64,000 nt of DNA, taken from Escherichia phage vB_Ec-M-J. The notes beneath the pieces are model-generated. The model did not search any database. It was not told where the DNA came from and saw only the letters and a list, made by a program, of their open reading frames with translations. Positions 1 to 7,914 of the stretch are shown one piece after another. The stretch lies in the sequence record OQ718158.1. One strand, 5' to 3'. The translations under genes were made by a program, and so were the position numbers. Each line of letters begins with the position of its first letter. Position 1 is the first letter of the stretch.

Positions 1-70
1 AGTAGGCAGAGGAAGTCTGCCGTACTTTGTAGTTTCCAAGCTCCTTTTCCATTTTGCAAATTACATCAAA

Positions 71-98
71 TGTAATCAAAAGTAATCAAAAGTAATCA
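71..98. repeat. tandem ~10-bp direct repeat (A)AGTAATCA(A) x3
   Basis: tgtaatcaaa/agtaatcaaa/agtaatcacg read directly. Confidence 0.6.
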
Positions 99-375
99 CG
101 CAATGATTAGTACTGAATTATTACTTTCACCTTAATTTCAATTACCCCTTTACCCTTCGGGGTAAAATTCCATTACCCCTTGAGGCTCCAGCAAAAAGTT
201 GGTTAGTACTCCATCCTAAATCTCGATCCTAAAAATTTTGGAGTACCTATGAAATAAAAGTTGGATCTTCGAAATTTGAAATTTACGTTGGGACGTTTAT
301 GATTTGTGGGATATAATGATGTTTGTAGTCGGGTAGTTTTCAAGAATATCAGCACTGAATAATGAAAGAAAGCTA

Positions 376-403
376 TTGACATTATGATTCAGTACTGTAT
401 AAT
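376..403 (+). promoter_or_regulatory. sigma70-like promoter in left non-coding region
   Basis: TTGACA-16-TATAAT followed by GTTCTACATAGGG (same downstream box as early promoters). Confidence 0.5.
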
Positions 404-731
404 GTTCTACATAGGGTGATGAGTTGCTGCGAACAATTCATTTACTCTACCTCCTGTCGTGAGACAGTACAGAAAAGATAGTTCCTCCTGTGGTGGTACA
501 TCTTTTTGAACCTCATATGAAAATCGTAATAACAGTACTGATATTAACAGAATGGTGTCAGTACTGATTTTAATCTAAAGCATTATGCCACCAGCACAAG
601 CTGGTGGATTCCCTCTAACAGTATTCAGTACTACATGATGGTCTTCATCCTCCTAGGGTAACATAGTGAGGGCTATGATGGCAGTACTGAATACTCCCTT
701 TCAAAAGATAGATCTATGGTATAGTACTGAC

Positions 732-920
732 GGATTTTGGGCGTAGTTACCCTGGATGGATTTTGGACGTAGATATGTCTAGCCCTCCAGAAGTCTGGAA
801 GTAAAGATGGCTATCCATCTAGACGGCTAAACGGCTAGATTTCTGGATGGCTAGATGGCTAGACGTTTGGACGGCTAAACGGCTAGATGGTTACACGTCT
901 GGAAGTATAGACGGCTAAAT
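732..920. repeat. iteron-like cluster of short direct repeats
   Basis: GGATTTTGG(G/A)CGTAG x2; GTCTGGAAGTA x2; ACGGCTAAACGGCTAGAT x2; GGCTAGATGGCTAGACG. Confidence 0.6.
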
Positions 921-1355
921 CAAAATTTTATTTTGTTTTTCCAATAGTTCCCCTACCGCGTGGGGATAGTTTCCCCGCAGTATCTGGAGTTAGATTTTTC
1001 TGAATCTGGAATCATTATCTTATAAACTGGGGGCAATGTCAACGACCTGGACGGATATTTTTAAAAATTTTTTCAGTACTGAATTTTGGGCGTAACTATG
1101 CACCCGGTGGGCTTGAGTCTTTCTCGACTTGATGGAACTATTATACAGTACTGAAAAAATAAAGCAATACCCTGGAAGCAAAAAAGTTTTAATTAATTTG
1201 CTTGCTATCCTGGGCCGGACTATGGTACTATATTTCAGTACTGAGAAAGTGCGTTTACCTGCTAGGGTGCGGGAGTGTATCCTTTTTTTATATCTTGAAT
1301 TTTGGGCGTAATTCCGCACCCTCTGGGGTTTCCGCTTTCTCGCGTCTATGTAGTA

Positions 1356-1383
1356 ATTATACGCTTTTTCAGGATCAAGTCAA
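1356..1383 (-). promoter_or_regulatory. candidate leftward promoter
   Basis: minus strand TTGACT-16-TATAAT; transcribes toward a GCACCC..GGG box. Confidence 0.35.
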
Positions 1384-1676
1384 TACCTAAAAACAAAATA
1401 ATTGAAAATAATTTAACGCGTTTAAACGGCCCGTAAAGCCCTGGAATGATTGGAATGGTGCAAATGTATAGCTTAGGTGTATTAATGCGTTAGAATGCGT
1501 CTGAGGCCGTTTTACGGGGTATAGGGATGATTTGGTGGATTGATTCAGTACTGAATGATAGTACTACTATATAGAAAGATAGTTCCCCTGGATGGTTGCA
1601 GTACTGAATGATAGTACTGAATAATAGTTCCCCTATATAGAAAGAAAACTATTTTAAAAGTATTTGTAGAAAGTAC

Positions 1677-1734
1677 TTGCAAACTAAGTTTAACGGCGTA
1701 TAATGTTTTACATCGAGAGCGGGAACACTTCCCG
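1677..1734 (+). promoter_or_regulatory. early promoter + 5' stem-loop
   Basis: AAAGTACTTGCAA-16-TATAAT-GTTTTACATC then hairpin GCGGGAAcacTTCCCGC. Confidence 0.65.
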
Positions 1735-1759
1735 CTACATATTACGAGAGATTAAAACG

Positions 1760-2122
1760 ATGGCGACTCAAATCACTAAAATTATTGCTAACCTGGTTAA
1801 CTTTCGCGACGAGATGAAAGATCTTCCGGCAGAAACGGTAAAAATTCACATTTCAGCTTATCGGGAACTTATTGCAATGTTACCGCTTAAGCGTGAACAA
1901 TACGCCGCGACCGTGATGCTTGATGCGATGATCCATAAGATGATCGCCAGTGATTTAACGATGGTTTATCAGTATATGGGCGAAAATTTCGCGGTGTATA
2001 GTAAACCAGTACCAGGAATGGAAAGTACAGAAGTATTACACGGTTTAAATTTAAAACAAGATGCATGGGATAATATGCCTCGTTTCCTGGTATGGGCTGA
2101 CAGTGGCAAGATTTACGAATAA
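1760..2122 (+). CDS. hypothetical early protein (120 aa)
   Basis: ORF in track frame; start moved to ATG after RBS GAGAG; track start 1703 lies in promoter -10. Confidence 0.65.
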   Translation: MATQITKIIANLVNFRDEMKDLPAETVKIHISAYRELIAMLPLKREQYAATVMLDAMIHKMIASDLTMVYQYMGENFAVYSKPVPGMESTEVLHGLNLKQDAWDNMPRFLVWADSGKIYE

Positions 2123-2136
2123 GTTTTAAAAAGTAC

Positions 2137-2196
2137 TTGCAAACTAAGTTTAAAAGCGTATAATGTTTTACATCAGGTGGGGAATAGTTCCCCACT
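2137..2196 (+). promoter_or_regulatory. early promoter + 5' stem-loop
   Basis: TTGCAA-16-TATAAT-GTTTTACATC; hairpin GTGGGGAAtagTTCCCCAC. Confidence 0.65.
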
Positions 2197-2216
2197 ATAA
2201 TTAAGAGATTAATTTC

Positions 2217-2450
2217 ATGAGTACTATTTTAACTGTTTCTCAATCCGTTGCACTGACTGACCTATTAAACGCTTTAAGCCGTTGCACTGAGGTTGGCTTG
2301 TTTGATGTGGTAGACGTTGCACCGGACGTTATTAATCATTTTTGTGATGCGATGGAAGAATGTAAGGAAGATGATAGCCGTATGATGGCGGTCGCCTTTG
2401 AGGAAGTACAACCAGGTGAGATCAAAGGTTTACCAGTACTGAAAAAATAG
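2217..2450 (+). CDS. hypothetical early protein (77 aa)
   Basis: track ORF; own promoter and RBS. Confidence 0.65.
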   Translation: MSTILTVSQSVALTDLLNALSRCTEVGLFDVVDVAPDVINHFCDAMEECKEDDSRMMAVAFEEVQPGEIKGLPVLKK

Positions 2451-2453
2451 TAC

Positions 2454-2512
2454 TTGCAAACTAAGTTTAAAAGCGTATAATACTTTCTATCAGGTGGGGA
2501 ATAGTTCCCCAC
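2454..2512 (+). promoter_or_regulatory. early promoter + 5' stem-loop
   Basis: TTGCAA-16-TATAAT; hairpin GGTGGGGAAtagTTCCCCACT. Confidence 0.65.
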
Positions 2513-2532
2513 TATATAAGAGGATTTAAAAA

Positions 2533-2772
2533 ATGGCTAAATCAAAAATGTTCTTAGGTCACAAAAACAAAACTCATTGGAATGTAAGCCTTTGGATTAA
2601 TAACGATGAGTCATTGTACCGGTTGGCCCAGGACTTTATTAACGATAGCACTAATCGCAATGATGCGGCCCGTCATATGATGTTATTTTTAGAACAGACT
2701 GGACAAGATAAAACACCGGACGGATTCAAATATAGCACTACTGCGATCCGTGCGGCGATGGTTGGAATGTAA
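2533..2772 (+). CDS. hypothetical early protein; paralog of 4636..4875
   Basis: track ORF; shares HKNKTHWNVSLWINN...TPDGFKYSTTAIRAAMVGM with 4636 gene. Confidence 0.7.
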   Translation: MAKSKMFLGHKNKTHWNVSLWINNDESLYRLAQDFINDSTNRNDAARHMMLFLEQTGQDKTPDGFKYSTTAIRAAMVGM

Positions 2773-2798
2773 TAGAATAGAATTTATTTAAAGTACTA

Positions 2799-2823
2799 TT
2801 GCACGGGGATAGTACTTTATAAT
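2799..2823 (+). promoter_or_regulatory. degenerate promoter (short spacer)
   Basis: TTGCAC-13-TATAAT; the homologous element at 15302 has an intact 17-bp spacer. Confidence 0.3.
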
Positions 2824-2860
2824 AGTGTTTTATTCATACACCAACGATAAGGGCAACAGC

Positions 2861-3127
2861 ATGAATATTAAGTATTTTGCGACGCGTGAACAAGCTCGGA
2901 TCGCCGCACGGCAGGACGGGGCAACGTTTAAAGATATGGGCGTACAATCGGAACGTGGTAAACGTTGGGCCATTGTAAAGCGTAGTACCGCCAGATCATT
3001 ACAGTACTGGTTAGCGGCCTTAAAAAGTCCCGATAGTGTATCGCGTCGAGTGGTAGAAATAAAGCTCGACCGAAAGGGCAACCGCGTGACTGTGTACCGT
3101 ACTAAAAAGATTGCAGTACTTGAATAA
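2861..3127 (+). CDS. hypothetical early protein; paralog of 15375..15770
   Basis: start moved to ATG after RBS AAGGG; shares KYFATREQARIAAR...RKGNRVTVY with 15375 gene. Confidence 0.6.
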   Translation: MNIKYFATREQARIAARQDGATFKDMGVQSERGKRWAIVKRSTARSLQYWLAALKSPDSVSRRVVEIKLDRKGNRVTVYRTKKIAVLE

Positions 3128-3134
3128 AAAGTAC

Positions 3135-3193
3135 TTGCAAACTATGTTTAATGGCGTATAATGTTTTACATCGAGAGCGGGAACACTTCCCGC
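3135..3193 (+). promoter_or_regulatory. early promoter + 5' stem-loop
   Basis: TTGCAA-16-TATAAT-GTTTTACATC; hairpin GCGGGAAcacTTCCCGC. Confidence 0.65.
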
Positions 3194-3214
3194 CTATAAC
3201 CTGGAGTAATAAAA

Positions 3215-3445
3215 ATGACTAATATGTATATGACTGAAGTTAAAACCGTAAAAGATACTACCACGAATAAAACTACTTACTTACAGCGGATCTGCGGTGT
3301 ATGGCAACGTATCAGCAAATCAAAGTACTTTAAATTAACATCATATGCAAACCGTTCGGATTCATTCAGTACTGAAATAAAAGGTAATAAAGTACACCAA
3401 TACGGCACTTATTATTATTATAGCCTGGACGCGATTGCAGTCTAA
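3215..3445 (+). CDS. hypothetical early protein (76 aa)
   Basis: track ORF; promoter + RBS GGAG. Confidence 0.6.
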   Translation: MTNMYMTEVKTVKDTTTNKTTYLQRICGVWQRISKSKYFKLTSYANRSDSFSTEIKGNKVHQYGTYYYYSLDAIAV

Positions 3446-3475
3446 GCAGTTTACAAATCTTTACAATTGCCGGTA

Positions 3476-3504
3476 TTGACTTATTTTGTCAGTACTGGCA
3501 TAAT
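3476..3504 (+). promoter_or_regulatory. sigma70-like promoter upstream of conserved box
   Basis: TTGACT-17-CATAAT. Confidence 0.5.
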
Positions 3505-3536
3505 GTATTCATTGGCAGATAAGCCGTAGCCCATAG

Positions 3537-3565
3537 GGTGCGGGAGTGTATCTATAGAAAAATTA
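3537..3565 (+). promoter_or_regulatory. conserved ~29-bp box (TAGCCCAyAGGGTGC..GTGTATCTAT)
   Basis: one of about 10 copies in the window, always 25-50 bp downstream of a promoter. Confidence 0.5.
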
Positions 3566-3567
3566 GT

Positions 3568-3600
3568 TTAGTACAGTTACAATTGTGCACCCGGTGGGTT
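3568..3600 (-). promoter_or_regulatory. inverted copy of conserved box
   Basis: reverse complement of GTGCACCCGGTGGGTTAGC matches the box. Confidence 0.45.
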
Positions 3601-3619
3601 AGCTGTTGTCATGGGGTAT

Positions 3620-3648
3620 ATTATGCCAGTACTTGATAATGCTGTCAA
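3620..3648 (-). promoter_or_regulatory. leftward promoter convergent with 3476 promoter
   Basis: minus strand TTGACA-17-CATAAT. Confidence 0.45.
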
Positions 3649-3693
3649 TACTTTTTTAATATTCAGTACTGAAAACTATTTTTAAAAAGTACT

Positions 3694-3720
3694 TGCAAAC
3701 TATGTTTAAAGGCGTATAAT
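3694..3720 (+). promoter_or_regulatory. early promoter (no immediate hairpin; long leader)
   Basis: TTGCAA-15-TATAAT-GTTTTACATC. Confidence 0.6.
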
Positions 3721-3810
3721 GTTTTACATCAGGACGGGGAACGAAATAAGTAACTTCCCGTTAAGTAGCCCAGGAGTAAGGCACACGAAAAACTCCCCTG
3801 ATAAAATAGT
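3721..3810 (+). promoter_or_regulatory. structured ~90-nt leader, duplicated at 14175..14262
   Basis: CAGGACGGGGAACGAAA.AAGTAAC..CCCGTTAAGTAG.CCAGGAGTAAG...AAAAACTCCCCTGATAAAATAG nearly identical in both copies. Confidence 0.5.
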
Positions 3811-3838
3811 TTGACAATTGTTTTTAAAAGCGTATAAT
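3811..3838 (+). promoter_or_regulatory. second (tandem) promoter before 3871 gene
   Basis: TTGACA-16-TATAAT. Confidence 0.5.
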
Positions 3839-3870
3839 ACTTACATCAACTACTGAATGAGGGTTACAAA

Positions 3871-4545
3871 ATGAAAACTATCACTACTACTACTTTCGTT
3901 ATGGATTTTTCTGAATTGAATGAGGGTTGCAAAGCGAAAACTGTCACTAATACTACTTTCGTTATGGATTTTTCTGAATTGAACGCAGAACAAAAAACGT
4001 CAGCTATCGAACTGGTTCGGGAACGTGAAAAAAACTTAAACGATGATTATTTTTCTGAAAGTGAAATTGAATACTATAAAGAAACAGTACTACCGGAATA
4101 TGGCATTAATGACGCTGAAATACAATTCAGTGGTTTTTGGTCCCAGGGTGACGGTGCATCAATCAGTACTGACCACGTTGACGCAGTGAAGTTTTTACGC
4201 AAGGTAAGAGCATTAACTAAATATCGCTCAATCCGTCACTTGCTGAATGAAGATGATTTGGCGATGAGTGTAAAGCGTTCTCACTCCCACTACTCGCATG
4301 AGAATACTGTAAGCGGGTACATTGAATCGGCTTACACTGATTTAACCGCAAAACAAGAAACGTTAGTTAATGAGCTTGAGGAACTACTCACTGAAACTAT
4401 TCGTGAATTATCCCGCAAGTTGTACCGTGATTTAGAGAATGCATATGAGGATCAATTCACTACTGAAAACATTACGGCACTGATTGAGGGTAACGAATAT
4501 CAATTCAATGTTATTAATGGCGTAGTAGAATCAATCGAATATTAA
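3871..4545 (+). CDS. hypothetical protein (224 aa) with N-terminal tandem duplication
   Basis: track ORF; TTTFVMDFSELN(E/A) repeated twice near N-terminus. Confidence 0.7.
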   Translation: MKTITTTTFVMDFSELNEGCKAKTVTNTTFVMDFSELNAEQKTSAIELVREREKNLNDDYFSESEIEYYKETVLPEYGINDAEIQFSGFWSQGDGASISTDHVDAVKFLRKVRALTKYRSIRHLLNEDDLAMSVKRSHSHYSHENTVSGYIESAYTDLTAKQETLVNELEELLTETIRELSRKLYRDLENAYEDQFTTENITALIEGNEYQFNVINGVVESIEY

Positions 4546-4557
4546 TTTAAAAAGTAC

Positions 4558-4619
4558 TTGCAAACTAAGTTTAAAGGCGTATAATACTTTATATCGAGGC
4601 GGGGAGTGGTTCCCCGCTC
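4558..4619 (+). promoter_or_regulatory. early promoter + 5' stem-loop
   Basis: TTGCAA-16-TATAAT; hairpin GAGGCGGGGAgtggTTCCCCGCTC. Confidence 0.65.
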
Positions 4620-4635
4620 AAACGAGGATTAAAAA

Positions 4636-4875
4636 ATGGCTAGTACTAAAACTTACAACGGGCACAAAAACAAAACTCATTGGAATGTTTCCTTATGGAT
4701 TAATAACGGTGAGTCATTGTATCGGCTTGCTCAAAGTTGCATCGCACAAAGTAGAACTAAAGATATTGCTGCGGAATGTATGTACCGCAGATTAAAAGCC
4801 AACGGTACTACTACAACGCCGGACGGATTCAAGTATAGCACTACGGCGATCCGTGCTGCAATGGTTGGAATGTAA
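4636..4875 (+). CDS. hypothetical early protein; paralog of 2533..2772
   Basis: track ORF; conserved N- and C-terminal blocks with 2533 gene. Confidence 0.7.
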   Translation: MASTKTYNGHKNKTHWNVSLWINNGESLYRLAQSCIAQSRTKDIAAECMYRRLKANGTTTTPDGFKYSTTAIRAAMVGM

Positions 4876-4895
4876 TATTCAGTACTGTAACAATG

Positions 4896-4920
4896 GCGGG
4901 GAATGGTTCCCGCCTTTATT
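4896..4920 (+). terminator. hairpin + T-rich tail (terminator or 5' stabiliser)
   Basis: GGCGGGGAAtggTTCCCGCC then TTTATT. Confidence 0.45.
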
Positions 4921-4933
4921 GAGGGTTTATCTA

Positions 4934-5194
4934 ATGAGTAAAGTAATTAGCTATACAGTACTAAGCAAGTCATTATCTATTAGCCAGTGCACCGATGGTT
5001 ATTGGCTATTTGATGAAACGCGTGGAATGAATTTAGCTATGCGTGCAAAAACTGCTGAGGCGGCGTATCTTGAGGCACTGGAATACTACCAGGAACGTTT
5101 AACGGAAGTAGAAGAAGATTATAAAAGCCTCAAAGCGAAAGTAGATCATTTCGTCGGTCAATTCATCGAGGAAGACGACGACAAACAATATTGA
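4934..5194 (+). CDS. hypothetical early protein (86 aa)
   Basis: start moved to ATG after RBS GAGGG; track start 4853 runs through the hairpin. Confidence 0.55.
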   Translation: MSKVISYTVLSKSLSISQCTDGYWLFDETRGMNLAMRAKTAEAAYLEALEYYQERLTEVEEDYKSLKAKVDHFVGQFIEEDDDKQY

Positions 5195-5203
5195 AAAAGT
5201 ACT

Positions 5204-5261
5204 TGCAATTAGTTTTAAGTACTGTATAATGGTTTACATCAAAGGGAGAAATGGTTCTCCC
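5204..5261 (+). promoter_or_regulatory. early promoter + 5' stem-loop
   Basis: TTGCAA-15-TATAAT; hairpin GGGAGAAatggTTCTCCC. Confidence 0.65.
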
Positions 5262-5280
5262 TGGTAATGAGGAAAATAAA

Positions 5281-5502
5281 ATGGCTAATATCACTACTCT
5301 TTCCCAACTGGAAGCACTGGTTAAATCTATGCGGGAACATGCCGACAAAATCGGCGTACAAGATCCAGCCGTTTGCTTCTGCGACGAATTGAATGATGAT
5401 ACCCTGGTAATAGCAGAAGTCCAGGACGTTTCTAACTATTCCTCGCGTTACACTGGCGGCGTAGCAAATAAAGGTGACTTCTGTTTATACCTTACAAAAT
5501 AA
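5281..5502 (+). CDS. hypothetical early protein (73 aa)
   Basis: start moved to ATG after RBS GAGG; track start 5251 lies in hairpin. Confidence 0.6.
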   Translation: MANITTLSQLEALVKSMREHADKIGVQDPAVCFCDELNDDTLVIAEVQDVSNYSSRYTGGVANKGDFCLYLTK

Positions 5503-5505
5503 CAA

Positions 5506-5537
5506 CGCGGGGAGATAATAACTCCCCGTTACTTTTT
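5506..5537 (+). terminator. rho-independent terminator candidate
   Basis: CGGGGAGataataaCTCCCCG then TTACTTTTT. Confidence 0.5.
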
Positions 5538-5608
5538 CAGTACTGAATCATTTAATAGACGGATCTCGGCACCCGGTGGGTTAGTGACTGTTTCGTCTTG
5601 ATGTAGTA

Positions 5609-5637
5609 ATTATGCCAGTACTGGATGCACTTGTCAA
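5609..5637 (-). promoter_or_regulatory. leftward promoter reading into inverted box copy
   Basis: minus strand TTGACA-17-CATAAT; GCACCCGGTGGGTTAG downstream. Confidence 0.4.
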
Positions 5638-5670
5638 CAATTATTTTTCAAATACTTTTTATTAAAATAC

Positions 5671-5725
5671 TTGCAATTAGTTTTTAAACGCGTATAATGT
5701 TTTGCATAGGGGGAGCGGTTCCCCT
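5671..5725 (+). promoter_or_regulatory. early promoter + 5' stem-loop
   Basis: TTGCAA-16-TATAAT; hairpin GGGGGAGcggTTCCCC. Confidence 0.6.
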
Positions 5726-5745
5726 GGTAACTAAGGAATAAGAAA

Positions 5746-5982
5746 ATGGTCGAACAAATCAAATCAACGTCTTCGAATGTAACGGGAACGGTAGCACACT
5801 TTACTAGTGATGAATCGCGGGGCGTTCCCTATTGTGCTGTACATGTAAACACTGAGGGTAACTACTGGTTTACGGTTTACGGATCATATTCATTTGGACG
5901 GCCAGGGCATCAAAAAATTCTGGATAAAGTACAACCAACGGGTAAAAATATCACTGCCGAAATGTTTTATAAAAAATCATAA
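5746..5982 (+). CDS. hypothetical early protein (78 aa)
   Basis: track ORF; RBS AAGGAA. Confidence 0.6.
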   Translation: MVEQIKSTSSNVTGTVAHFTSDESRGVPYCAVHVNTEGNYWFTVYGSYSFGRPGHQKILDKVQPTGKNITAEMFYKKS

Positions 5983-5987
5983 AGTAC

Positions 5988-6046
5988 TTGCAATTAGTTT
6001 TTAGTACTGTATAATATTTTACATCGCAAGGGGGAGCGGTTCCCCC
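5988..6046 (+). promoter_or_regulatory. early promoter + 5' stem-loop
   Basis: TTGCAA-16-TATAAT; hairpin GGGGGAGcggTTCCCCC. Confidence 0.6.
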
Positions 6047-6066
6047 TGGTAACTAAGGATAATCAA

Positions 6067-6366
6067 ATGAAAATTGCAATCATCGCCCTGGCTTTATCTG
6101 TTTCCTCTTTCGCTGTTAATGCGTCATTAGATGTAAGTAGTGAAAAATTCATTCAGTGCACTGTTGCAATGACCGATGAAAGAACTGGCGAGATTGTATT
6201 AAAGGATTTAGAGATCCAGCCGGAAGCATTTAAAAACGGGCCGTTCCATGAAGAAGACGAAAAAGGTAGCACGACAATTTATTACGATGCCAGTACTAAA
6301 CGCGGTTCGGTCACTGTAATGGATACTGAGAAAGTAACTCATACTGGCGTTATTAATTGCCGTTGA
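6067..6366 (+). CDS. secreted/periplasmic small protein (signal peptide)
   Basis: N-terminus MKIAIIALALSVSSFAVNA-S looks like a Sec signal peptide. Confidence 0.65.
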   Translation: MKIAIIALALSVSSFAVNASLDVSSEKFIQCTVAMTDERTGEIVLKDLEIQPEAFKNGPFHEEDEKGSTTIYYDASTKRGSVTVMDTEKVTHTGVINCR

Positions 6367-6387
6367 TAGATACTACGGGGTAACATC

Positions 6388-6618
6388 ATGACTAAGCGAA
6401 TTGTTTTACTTAACGAAAGCAGTACTACACAACTACTTAACGCCGTGCATTATGATATTGAAACGAGCGTTAATCTTATCAGTACTGTCGTACTGTTGGA
6501 CACTGGAAAGGTCGCCAATGATAAAGCGATTGCAGGTATATTAACGGATCTTGAGCCTGGTAGCAGTGCACCCATAACGTTAAATGGTAAAGTGTTTAAT
6601 ATTTTACTCACTGATTAA
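6388..6618 (+). CDS. hypothetical protein (76 aa)
   Basis: track ORF directly after 6067 gene; RBS GGGG. Confidence 0.55.
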   Translation: MTKRIVLLNESSTTQLLNAVHYDIETSVNLISTVVLLDTGKVANDKAIAGILTDLEPGSSAPITLNGKVFNILLTD

Positions 6619-6624
6619 GTACAT

Positions 6625-6650
6625 AGCCCACCTGGTGGGCTTTTTTTGTT
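6625..6650 (+). terminator. rho-independent terminator
   Basis: AGCCCACctgGTGGGCT then TTTTTTTG. Confidence 0.7.
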
Positions 6651-6701
6651 TTTGTAGTATCGTAGTACTGAGATACTTTGAAAATAGTTTTAAAAAAGTA
6701 G

Positions 6702-6729
6702 TTGACATTACCGCAGAAAAGCGTAGAAT
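6702..6729 (+). promoter_or_regulatory. sigma70-like promoter with long leader
   Basis: TTGACA-16-TAGAAT. Confidence 0.5.
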
Positions 6730-6852
6730 GTATTACATCAAGACGGGGAGCACTAAGTAGACCGCCAGTAAGTCGAACGAAAAACTGGACACGTCGAGAA
6801 AACTTTGATACACTAATAAACGTAAACTAAACTTTAATTGAGGATTTATAAA

Positions 6853-7335
6853 ATGGCTAATGTAAAATCATTCATCAAAGCACTGGTAGCAAATGAAACT
6901 AACGTCGCGGCTGAGATCCTGGCTGAACTGGATAACGATACCATGAAAGCGGTACGCAATAATTTTAACATCGCGTACAGTACTGCGAAAGAACTACAAG
7001 CAAATAAAGCGGCAGAAATTGAAGCGGCAAAGGCTGCCCGTGAAGCAGAACTACAAGCAACAATCGAAAGTATTCAGGCGGCAGTAGTTGGATTGGATCT
7101 GGAAGTAGTTACAGAGATGGCACAAAAAGCCCTGGCGGTTAAGTATGGGGAAGACAAGCCAGAAGTAAAAGCCAAAAAATGGATTCAGGAACGCGTAGCG
7201 GTAGTACTGGATAATGGGGAAGAATATCTGATTCCGGTGCGTGGTAACTGTATTGCGGTAGTACTGGACGCGATTAACGCCAGCGGTATGACTCGCGAGG
7301 AATGGATCGAATCTCATCGCAAAGTTGAAGCATAA
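6853..7335 (+). CDS. hypothetical protein, Ala/Glu/Lys-rich helical N-terminus (160 aa)
   Basis: track ORF; start moved from TTG to ATG after RBS GAGG. Confidence 0.65.
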   Translation: MANVKSFIKALVANETNVAAEILAELDNDTMKAVRNNFNIAYSTAKELQANKAAEIEAAKAAREAELQATIESIQAAVVGLDLEVVTEMAQKALAVKYGEDKPEVKAKKWIQERVAVVLDNGEEYLIPVRGNCIAVVLDAINASGMTREEWIESHRKVEA

Positions 7336-7356
7336 CAATTAAAGTACTGAATCACT

Positions 7357-7386
7357 AGCCCACTGTATAAGTGGGCTTTTTTGTGT
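7357..7386 (+). terminator. rho-independent terminator
   Basis: AGCCCACtgtataaGTGGGCT then TTTTTTG. Confidence 0.7.
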
Positions 7387-7393
7387 TTATCGT

Positions 7394-7500
7394 TTACCAG
7401 GCCACCAGCACCGCCTAGAAACGATTCTAACGTATTAAACTGTTTATCTGATGCATTGCCCTAGCTGGTGGCGTGAAGGTCGTTAGAATGCGATTGAGAG
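7394..7500. repeat. long imperfect inverted repeat
   Basis: CCACCAGC..GCTGGTGG and CGATTCTAACG..CGTTAGAATGCG arms; CGTTAGAATGCG also at ~1486 and ~11794. Confidence 0.45.
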
Positions 7501-7536
7501 CGTTTAAAGTATTTTGCAAAAAGTAATAAAAAGTAC

Positions 7537-7597
7537 TTGCACGATTAAGAGATTAGCGTATAATGTTTTACATCGAGAGGGGGAAACGGTTCTCCTT
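7537..7597 (+). promoter_or_regulatory. early promoter + 5' stem-loop
   Basis: TTGCAC-16-TATAAT-GTTTTACATC; hairpin GGGGGAAacggTTCTCC. Confidence 0.6.
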
Positions 7598-7619
7598 CCA
7601 AATCAAAGGAATCAAAACA

Positions 7620-7847
7620 ATGGCTATCGTAATCACTCGCGTAACTGGTACTACTGGCAATTCTTCTACTGTTGCTGTAATTACTAATAAGAAAGGTGCG
7701 GAATTGCATTTTGCAATGGATAAATGGGCCGTTAATGAGTTCGGTCAGTGGGCAAGTGTAGCATACATTGAAACCTATCAAGTGCCGTCGATTAGTTTAA
7801 CTGATTTGGGCGTTGAGCGTATCCTTTGCCTTGATGAATTAAATTAA
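7620..7847 (+). CDS. hypothetical early protein (75 aa)
   Basis: start moved to ATG after RBS AAGGA; track start 7563 lies in promoter. Confidence 0.65.
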   Translation: MAIVITRVTGTTGNSSTVAVITNKKGAELHFAMDKWAVNEFGQWASVAYIETYQVPSISLTDLGVERILCLDELN

Positions 7848-7853
7848 AAAAGT

Positions 7854-7914
7854 ACTTGCAAAGTAAATCGAATAAAGTATAATACATTACATCAAGGGGA
7901 GAAATGGTTCTCCC
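7854..7914 (+). promoter_or_regulatory. early promoter + 5' stem-loop
   Basis: TTGCAA-18-TATAAT; hairpin GGGGAGAAatggTTCTCCCC. Confidence 0.6.

Noticed and set aside
732-920. Left-end short repeats as a CRISPR array
   Set aside because: Repeats are irregular in length and spacing, with no uniform repeat-spacer periodicity.
1020-1390. Track ORFs 1020..1319 (-), 1129..1311 (+) and 1202..1390 (+) in the left region
   Set aside because: They lie inside the repeat and promoter-rich non-coding region, overlap one another, and have no RBS; composition is unlike neighbouring genes.
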